From a virus (lineage: Duplodnaviria > Caudoviricetes), in the IMG/VR virus record IMGVR_UViG_3300037440_000124, positions 1 through 55,284 of that record: a DNA stretch of 55,284 nt; one strand, 5' to 3'. The notes beneath the pieces were generated by a model. It saw only the letters and a program-made list of their open reading frames with translations. It was not told where the DNA came from and made no database searches. Position numbers and translations under genes: made by a program. Positions 9,710 to 16,219 of the stretch are shown here, in pieces (position 1 is the first letter of the stretch; every line of letters begins with the position of its first letter).

Positions 9710-10297
9710 TCAGCGAAGGTTCCTGTAGATCGGCGCAATCGGCATCTGAAATGGTAAATCCTTCACTCGTTTCGCGCGGAAAAACCACATGCGCCTGGGA
9801 GCAATCCCGGACATATACAGGCGTTCGCAGTCCAGGCCGTTCAATTCTGCAAGCTCGCGATAGAACCGATCGTCGGGATAATGCAATCCGTGCCAAGTCC
9901 AATCACCTGGGGCCGGCGTAGTACTGATCAGCACACTGCCGACGTGCATTGCCTCCAGAATGTTCCTCCAGCACGGCTCCTGCGTGTCGACGTGCTCGCT
10001 GGTGCCGATATTCGACACCATGTCGAACGTTCCAAAACCCAGCGGCTTACGCAGATCCTTGACCAGAGAGCCGTGCTGACCGTTCCAGTCAACGCTGACG
10101 TGCCTGAATCCATTCTTCTCGAAGAAGCTTTTGTACGTATACGGTGCGTTGATCTTACAGCCAAGCTCCAGCATCGACTCGCCCTGCAATGGCTGGTACA
10201 GCTCCCACTCAGCCAGTCGATTGTGGAAAGGCCCTAAATCAGATTGACCAGATTGCAAGTTTGCAGCCATCTGCTCCGCCATCGTTGACGCTCTCAA
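9710..10297 (-). CDS. Class I SAM-dependent methyltransferase
   Basis: MLELGC..SVD..DL..FDMV..GTSEHV motifs; start uncertain. Confidence 0.72.
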   Translation of the reverse strand: MRASTMAEQMAANLQSGQSDLGPFHNRLAEWELYQPLQGESMLELGCKINAPYTYKSFFEKNGFRHVSVDWNGQHGSLVKDLRKPLGFGTFDMVSNIGTSEHVDTQEPCWRNILEAMHVGSVLISTTPAPGDWTWHGLHYPDDRFYRELAELNGLDCERLYMSGIAPRRMWFFRAKRVKDLPFQMPIAPIYRNLR

Positions 10298-10760
10298 TGT
10301 AATCCCAGAGGTACGCGCGGAGATCCAGACGGGTGAATTCCTTGTTGCCGTCGTACCAGTCGAACTGTGTTGCTATCAGGTACCTCGACGATTTCCTGAA
10401 TAGCGCAAGCGCCGCCTCAATGCGCGGCGCATCAAGATGATTCAGTACGTGCCTGCACAACAGACCATCTGCTAGCGGCATGGCCTCGTTGGTAATATCG
10501 AGTTTGGTCACTGTTTCTGCTCTAGGAACCAGGTCGAACGGTCGATATTCGACATCCCACTTGATCTGTCGAATCCAGTTCATATCGCCAGCACCGGCGT
10601 CGTTAAGCGTCATAATTCCGTATCGCTTCACAACAGATGGAAGCCATCGGCGAATATTATCTGTGCTTCTCAGCGTTGAACCGTTACCGCAGATTGTTTC
10701 AGGTTTCCCTCCCCTCCAGCCTTTAGCCATGCGCTTAAGCATGGCTTCGTCAGACAACAT
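10239..10760 (-). CDS. Class I SAM-dependent methyltransferase-like protein
   Basis: CGNGST..LNDAGAGDMNW..DIT..LLCRHVLNHL motifs. Confidence 0.68.
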   Translation of the reverse strand: MLSDEAMLKRMAKGWRGGKPETICGNGSTLRSTDNIRRWLPSVVKRYGIMTLNDAGAGDMNWIRQIKWDVEYRPFDLVPRAETVTKLDITNEAMPLADGLLCRHVLNHLDAPRIEAALALFRKSSRYLIATQFDWYDGNKEFTRLDLRAYLWDYIESVNDGGADGCKLAIWSI

Positions 10761-11373
10761 CGGATATGTCCATCGACGGAATCACACCTTCAAGCGCGGA
10801 ATGCGGTGTCACACAAATCAATTCGACCAATCCCTGCTCATGTATCGACCGGTACAGTTCCACCAGTCCGATGTGTACGCCATGCCGTACTTGCACGCTG
10901 GGCCAATGTGCCATTTGTGGCGGATATTCGCCGAAAAAATGACGCGGCGTTGATCCAATTTGTCTAGACCGACCGTCGTAGTCAGATGCGAATTTCAGGT
11001 CGTAGCCCAACAGGAGAATGCTTTTTGCACCTGCTCGATATGCCATCGACACCAGCGAAAAACCTGATCCAAATCCGTGGTGAATCACGTCCGGGTCAGT
11101 CGACAGCCCCTTGGCATTCCGCTCAGCAATCCAGTTAATCCCGAATTCATCAGCCGCCTGTCTGTTAGTCGTCCACTTCTCTGCCGGCAAATCCTTAACT
11201 TGCGTCCAATAATGTGACCACCAGGAATAATTACATCCATATAACAGCGCTGCATCGGGTACCAGTTGAAAAGCGTTATTACACGCGAACAACAAAAAGC
11301 CGCGACTACGCGCGGCATCGATTTGTGCAACGGTCAGTGACGGACCAGTCGCAACACAACAGATAGTGATCAT
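10750..11373 (-). CDS. MptE/MAF-like, GT29-like fold protein
   Basis: VATGPSL..CNNA..SGFSLVSMAY..GAKSILLLGYD..HFFG motifs; paralog of 13485..14168. Confidence 0.6.
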   Translation of the reverse strand: MITICCVATGPSLTVAQIDAARSRGFLLFACNNAFQLVPDAALLYGCNYSWWSHYWTQVKDLPAEKWTTNRQAADEFGINWIAERNAKGLSTDPDVIHHGFGSGFSLVSMAYRAGAKSILLLGYDLKFASDYDGRSRQIGSTPRHFFGEYPPQMAHWPSVQVRHGVHIGLVELYRSIHEQGLVELICVTPHSALEGVIPSMDISDVV

Positions 11374-11555
11374 TCGTCCGGCGGCTTGCCGAGCTTGTTT
11401 ACCATGTAAAACAATTTGATAGCGCCTCTGGGAATCGAGCGTTCACCCGATTCCCAGCGCGCCCACGTTCTCGGAGTAACCTCCACCTGCCTGGCAGCAT
11501 CAGCAAGTGACAGGTTAAGCTCATAACGTAACTTTTTGAGTTCTTCGCCTTTCAT
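11370..11555 (-). CDS. Small XRE-type HTH regulator, similar to the Aca2 N-terminal HTH
   Basis: MKGEELKKLRYELNLSLADAARQVEVTPRTWARWESGERSIP; last gene of the Cas7-like cassette. Confidence 0.8.
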   Translation of the reverse strand: MKGEELKKLRYELNLSLADAARQVEVTPRTWARWESGERSIPRGAIKLFYMVNKLGKPPDE

Positions 11556-11965
11556 ACCTGCCAGACACTACCTAACCCCAACGACCCCGACTGACCCCGC
11601 CTGAACTGACCATGACACATCTTGTCTGCCGCGCCTTAGAGCACCCGACCTAACCTCACAGCGCCTTGCCAGACCGCGCCAAACCTAACCAAATCTGCCG
11701 CAAACTTACCGGACCTAACCGCTCCTAACCATTCCATACACCACCAAGCCGTGCCGGACCGCATCTGCCCCACCAGCACACATCAGACCTCGCCCGTCCA
11801 AAGATCACCCCACCAGATCAAACCATGTCTGCCGCACCGAACCCCTACGGAACGTACCCAACATTACCATCCATACCTCGACACGTCTGCCAAGTCTTAC
11901 CGCACCTAACCGTGCCTTTCCCAGCCACGCCTTGCCGGGCCTGACCATGCCATCCCATGTCTGCC
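11556..11965 (-). ncRNA. Non-coding guide-like array: six units of alternating GGY/NN (5-nt period) bounded by GGCAGAY motifs
   Basis: Boundary motifs begin (minus strand) at 11965, 11891, 11833, 11769, 11699, 11630 and 11562; by hand count 44 of 70 spacer triplets are exactly GGY; 11-14 variable dinucleotides per unit. Confidence 0.85.
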
Positions 11966-11968
11966 TTG

Positions 11969-12436
11969 TCATGCAGCCTTGCGTTTCTTTCGCGAAGCTG
12001 AATTCCGAACTTGACGTATCGCCAGAATAACCGGCTTTGCCATTTGCAAATGAGCGTATCTAGACTCAAGGCGACTGATAAGATCAAGAAACCGACCTTC
12101 GGCTGCCGTAACCTCGTCCTCGGTTGCCTTGAATAACGGCACGTACCTGCCGCGATCTGCCGATTGGATAAAGGCGTTGACCTCGATCACTTCGTTTTGC
12201 GCGTCTACAATCTCGACGTGCAATGATTGAACCATGACACGCGCCTGCACCATTCGAAACTGGTGCGCGGCCTCCGTGTCACTCCACTCGAAGATCGCGT
12301 GAGCCGGTGATCGAATCTTTCGCGCCTCTTTGATAATCCGCTCTGCGGACATATCCGGCAGTGACTCAAGCCATTCGCCGATAGCCTGAGCGTCGCCATT
12401 GAGGTGTCTGCGCCACTTATAGATTCGATTTTTCAA
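11969..12436 (-). CDS. Accessory protein of the Cas7-like cassette (conserved phage hypothetical)
   Basis: AERIIKEAR..SPAHAIFEWSDTEAAHQFR..QAR motif; TTG start with AGGGAGG RBS overlapping the upstream stop. Confidence 0.7.
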   Translation of the reverse strand: MKNRIYKWRRHLNGDAQAIGEWLESLPDMSAERIIKEARKIRSPAHAIFEWSDTEAAHQFRMVQARVMVQSLHVEIVDAQNEVIEVNAFIQSADRGRYVPLFKATEDEVTAAEGRFLDLISRLESRYAHLQMAKPVILAIRQVRNSASRKKRKAA

Positions 12437-13074
12437 GTGGCCTTCCTCCCTTTCTTCGGATTCTTGACGCACCACATCCCAAAGTCACCACCGAATGACT
12501 TGCGACCGAACGGACGAAGTTCGTCAACACCGATCTGTGTTCCGGCTCTCGCCAACAAATTCGCAACATCATTGGCGGATACAAGGTCAGCATCGAATTC
12601 AACTGCGATTTCGCAAGCCCAGGAATCGTATCTGGGACGATTCCTCAGATCCGTTACGCCAGACTCAAGCCTTACCGGACGGGTATCATGCACAGACTTA
12701 CCATGAATCCTTACCAGTGGCGTGCCATCCGTTACATCGAAGCCATCAGGCTTGATGAAGAATGCACCCTTGGCAACTGTCATCGGCAAGCCATCGACAT
12801 TCGAACAAGCACGAATCATCGCCGCTCGAATTGACAAGGCCGGAATACCTTCCCACTTCGCCGTGCTGATGTATTTCGCACCCAGATATTCTGCTTTGTA
12901 ATCCTTCGGTGCGCGCTTCTTCTTCGTTTTGCTCTCAGCCTGCTGCGTTTCCTCCATTTGCTTTCTGGATTTCTCAGAAAACTTATGAAGCATCAGCGGG
13001 CTAACGCCTTCCAGCCTGAGCTTGACTACCTGAAAGTTAGGCGGCTGGATTTCAATACGGGTTTTCTTAATCAT
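12433..13074 (-). CDS. Stand-alone Cas7/RAMP-like RNA-binding protein
   Basis: N-terminal beta strand LRLEGVSPLMLH; GIPALSIRAAM (cf. RAMP IPgSSlKGalR); C-terminal Gly-rich loop IGVDELRP..GGDFG; ATG at 13074 with GGAG RBS. Confidence 0.75.
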   Translation of the reverse strand: MIKKTRIEIQPPNFQVVKLRLEGVSPLMLHKFSEKSRKQMEETQQAESKTKKKRAPKDYKAEYLGAKYISTAKWEGIPALSIRAAMIRACSNVDGLPMTVAKGAFFIKPDGFDVTDGTPLVRIHGKSVHDTRPVRLESGVTDLRNRPRYDSWACEIAVEFDADLVSANDVANLLARAGTQIGVDELRPFGRKSFGGDFGMWCVKNPKKGRKAT

Positions 13075-13121
13075 CGGTCGATCTCCATACGCCACGACCC
13101 TACGCCATGGCTTCAACCCTA

Positions 13122-13150
13122 ACTATGACCAATGGTCAGAGCATAGTCAA
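13122..13150 (-). promoter_or_regulatory. Sigma70-like promoter with overlapping palindromic operator
   Basis: TTGACT-17 nt-CATAGT; inverted repeat TGACCA-A-TGGTCA at 13126-13138 and ACTATG..CATAGT at 13122-13147. Confidence 0.65.
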
Positions 13151-13156
13151 TATCTT

Positions 13157-13360
13157 TCACACAAATTCAGGCGGCTTCGGATACGGCTCGCGCAACTGAT
13201 AGGCTCGTCGCACCTTCAGATGCCAGTCACGCACCGCGGCGTCAATCTCCTCACCTTTCTTGGCGCACGGCTCGCACAGACCGCCACTAAAATGCGCCTC
13301 CTGAGACTCGATGGCTTTTTTCTGAGTCCCGCAACGATCGCAAACGTAAATAATAGCCAT
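13157..13360 (-). CDS. Small hypothetical zinc-binding protein
   Basis: CDRC and CEPC pairs; AGAGGA RBS. Confidence 0.55.
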   Translation of the reverse strand: MAIIYVCDRCGTQKKAIESQEAHFSGGLCEPCAKKGEEIDAAVRDWHLKVRRAYQLREPYPKPPEFV

Positions 13361-13372
13361 TGATAATCCTCT

Positions 13373-13564
13373 TTATCGCTTTCGTGCGGTCTTTTTCTTT
13401 ACCCCTTTCAGGGACAGAACCGGGAGACCCTTGTCCGCGTATCCCTCTCTGAGTGCCTTGCGGGCCATGCTTTCGGAAATCTGCTCAGGCACCTTGTACC
13501 TGCCCTTCGACAGAAAACCGCCCTGTATTGGCCAGTCTTGTGTCAGTTTTATGGTGTAACTCAT
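13373..13564 (-). CDS. Small basic hypothetical protein
   Basis: GAGGAG RBS before the ATG at 13564; overlaps the upstream gene. Confidence 0.45.
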   Translation of the reverse strand: MSYTIKLTQDWPIQGGFLSKGRYKVPEQISESMARKALREGYADKGLPVLSLKGVKKKTARKR

Positions 13565-14168
13565 GTTGCTCCTCGAGTGCCTGTTCAAAGGTCATCTTTG
13601 GAAAGCACTGCAACGCGCTGACAGGTGTGGCATTCACGATCCTGATATGCGCCGGCAGCTTTTTCGCCGCCACGTCAAAGTGCTTTGCAAATTCAGTGTA
13701 ACGAGTACCTGATTCTAATTCCCTCGGATACTCACCGAAGAAATGCGATTTCCCGCCGGTCTTCTGCATGTCGAAGCCGATCAGGATGATGTGCTCACAG
13801 CCGAACAGGATCGCCAGGTTGATCGCCTGAAATCCCGAGTTGCTGCCGTAGTTGATAACCGATGGATCAAGTGAAAACGTGGAACCATGAGCGCCTTGCA
13901 CACAATGCACTTTCCACTTCTCGTGTGCCTCTGTCTTGTCGTTCGATGAATATCTTCGACCTTCGTGGGTGCTCCACTTCTCACCATCGAACGCTCCATC
14001 GTGATACTTCCACCATCTCGGCTCACAGCCATACAGAACGTCCGCCCATGGGATCAAGCGATAGGCATCCTGTACAACAATGATCGGATGATGACGAACC
14101 GGTACCAAAGAAGGCCCCGGCGCGGCCACGATACATGACCGCCACCGGGGAGAAACAACCTCAAGCAC
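13485..14168 (-). CDS. MptE/MAF-like, GT29-like fold protein (paralog of 10750..11373)
   Basis: VAAPGPSL..NSGFQAINLAILFGCEHIILIGFD..HFFG..NATP.SAL. Confidence 0.6.
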   Translation of the reverse strand: MLEVVSPRWRSCIVAAPGPSLVPVRHHPIIVVQDAYRLIPWADVLYGCEPRWWKYHDGAFDGEKWSTHEGRRYSSNDKTEAHEKWKVHCVQGAHGSTFSLDPSVINYGSNSGFQAINLAILFGCEHIILIGFDMQKTGGKSHFFGEYPRELESGTRYTEFAKHFDVAAKKLPAHIRIVNATPVSALQCFPKMTFEQALEEQHELHHKTDTRLANTGRFSVEGQVQGA

Positions 14169-14171
14169 CGA

Positions 14172-15443
14172 TCAAGTATCGGCGAGTTTCAGTAGCTTCA
14201 AACTGTCATTATTAAGAACAGTTCCGCCGTAGCGCCGACGCACATAGAAGCGAACGTAACCAGGATTGGTCACGGACTCGCTCTGTATCATCAGTTCCGT
14301 ACGGCTGGTCAGCAGGTAAGCCCGTGCAAAATCACCGAAGGCAATAGCAAAGCCATCGCCCGTGGTGGGATTGCTCAGGTTCTCCCAGGTGAATACCTCG
14401 TAGCCCAACAGACGGTCAGGCTGGCCGACCTGCAGACTCGGTTGCCAGAGATACTGGCCGTTCGTGTCTTTCAGCTTCCGCATGAAGCCCTGCGTCACCG
14501 TGTTCATTGCGAACTTGGCGTTGCTTCGATAACGCGGGTTCAACGCATACACCAGGTCGATGACGTTATCCGCATTGATTGCCTGCGGAGAACTGGTGAC
14601 CGCGATGTACTCGTAAGCATCAGCATCACGAAGCGGAGATGCATGGTCATCGGTTGATACAGGCGCAGTATCGGTCATACCAGTCGGCTTGTCGGAACCG
14701 TCGCCGCTGTAGATCGCCAACGCCAGAGCATTCGACATGCCCTCCGAGATGTCGTTGACCAGCCAGTCCGATACATTGAACTGGATATCCTGGATCGACC
14801 ATTCGGAAACCTGCGGGTACGCATAAAGCTCGCCCCAGGTCGGCTTACGGCTCCTCAGGTTCGGCGTTCCGGTTGCAGACCTGGTACCGGCTTCCGCCAC
14901 CCACCCCGACGTTCCGCCATGAATCGACACCAGCTCCTGATAGTCGCTCGTGCCAACGCGAATGTTCTTCACGTTGTTCACGACCTGCGACAACTTCAGA
15001 AGCAGAGCATCGACCGAGGCACCGATTTCCTTCGGCAGGGCAAAACCACCGCCAGGGTTGCTTCCGATGGTCACGTCTTTCTGTGACAGATCGCGCAACT
15101 TGCCATTGATGGTGCTGTCCTGGAACCCGACACGCAGTCCCTTGAAGAACATGTCGTTGTATTCCTTACGAGCGATCTCCTCCGGTGTTCCGCGCGGACG
15201 GTCGGCAAGCGCTTCCAGCATCTCGATGCGCGCCTGTTTCTTCGCCTCTTCGGCCTCCATGGCCTTAAGCTTCGCCTGGGACGAGTCCAGATCCTTGCTG
15301 ATCTTCGTCAGCTTCTGCTCGAGTTCCTGAGTAAGGGTCTGATTGCCCTTCTCCATGGCCTCAAGGCGTTCGTCGTTGGTCTTCTGAAACTCGGTAACCG
15401 TCTCACCGAGCTTCTGCATCTCCTCTACAATGGGATTTCCCAT
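14172..15443 (-). CDS. Major capsid protein, HK97 family
   Basis: Coiled-coil delta domain; GGFALP, GDGSDKPTG, LKDTNGQYLWQP, LLGYEV, FGDF motifs. Confidence 0.96.
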   Translation of the reverse strand: MGNPIVEEMQKLGETVTEFQKTNDERLEAMEKGNQTLTQELEQKLTKISKDLDSSQAKLKAMEAEEAKKQARIEMLEALADRPRGTPEEIARKEYNDMFFKGLRVGFQDSTINGKLRDLSQKDVTIGSNPGGGFALPKEIGASVDALLLKLSQVVNNVKNIRVGTSDYQELVSIHGGTSGWVAEAGTRSATGTPNLRSRKPTWGELYAYPQVSEWSIQDIQFNVSDWLVNDISEGMSNALALAIYSGDGSDKPTGMTDTAPVSTDDHASPLRDADAYEYIAVTSSPQAINADNVIDLVYALNPRYRSNAKFAMNTVTQGFMRKLKDTNGQYLWQPSLQVGQPDRLLGYEVFTWENLSNPTTGDGFAIAFGDFARAYLLTSRTELMIQSESVTNPGYVRFYVRRRYGGTVLNNDSLKLLKLADT

Positions 15444-16125
15444 TTCGTTGTCTCCTGAGTTGAGAACGTATCAATGCGGCGGTCGCAACGTCATTAAGTT
15501 GCTTGGCCGCTTCCAGCAGATCGTCATCAACCTCGCGTTGATCGGAGTCCAACCTCGCGCCGGAGCCCAACAGATCATGCACAATATCTTTCGCAGCTTT
15601 TTGCGAGCAACCTACCTCGCGTAGGTGCTTTTCCAGATCCCTAGCCCCGGCAAACTGCGACTTCACGCCTGCAATAACTGCCGCAGGGTTCATCGCGAAA
15701 TTCACCGGAGATACTTCGTACAATTCGATTTCTTTCAGCAGGCGATTGCCTCTTTTGTCGTAATCAACCTCCACCGGTATATAACCGATGGACATGGTGT
15801 CGATGGCTCGCATCTTTGCCAGTGTGCGAACGTCCCTGCCCATTTGTGTGTCTGCAAGTTTGCCCTTCATGTAAAGTCCATTATCGTCTTCGCCGAATTT
15901 TTCCCACGCCCCTATCGGAAGATCGAGAGAACGGTGGTTCCACAGCATCTTAGGCCGTGTCCCGTTCTTCTCATGCTCGGCTATGGACTTGGCAAACGCG
16001 CCAGGAATTACAATATCGGCACCGAGATCGACGTTTCCGAAAACGGACCCGTACCCTTCGATTTCGCCACCATTCGCGGCCTTGATCTCGAACGGGACTG
16101 CCAGGTACTTAATGCCATCGCTCAT
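15403..16125 (-). CDS. Prohead maturation protease (HK97 gp4 / U35-S78)
   Basis: EGYGSVFGNVD..GAF..MLWNH..PIG..SIGY..LYEVSPVNFAMNP; GGAGAG RBS before 16125. Confidence 0.93.
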   Translation of the reverse strand: MSDGIKYLAVPFEIKAANGGEIEGYGSVFGNVDLGADIVIPGAFAKSIAEHEKNGTRPKMLWNHRSLDLPIGAWEKFGEDDNGLYMKGKLADTQMGRDVRTLAKMRAIDTMSIGYIPVEVDYDKRGNRLLKEIELYEVSPVNFAMNPAAVIAGVKSQFAGARDLEKHLREVGCSQKAAKDIVHDLLGSGARLDSDQREVDDDLLEAAKQLNDVATAALIRSQLRRQRNGKSHCRGDAEAR

Positions 16126-16219
16126 GTGTCTCTCCGTTCGTCCTTTGGTCGCCTGAATCATCGACCGGAGCTTTTCCTGCCATTGCGCAGGTAGTCCGGC
16201 ACTGACCCGATAAGTAAAC

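Noticed and set aside
11556-11965. Canonical CRISPR array or simple microsatellite
   Set aside because: The only recurring boundary is 7 nt (no 20-45 nt direct repeats), and the variable NN positions plus unit delimiters do not fit a slippage repeat.
11845-12087. 80-aa ORF running into the array
   Set aside because: Overlaps the accessory gene out of frame; its G/R/W-rich tail is just the translated 5-nt repeat.
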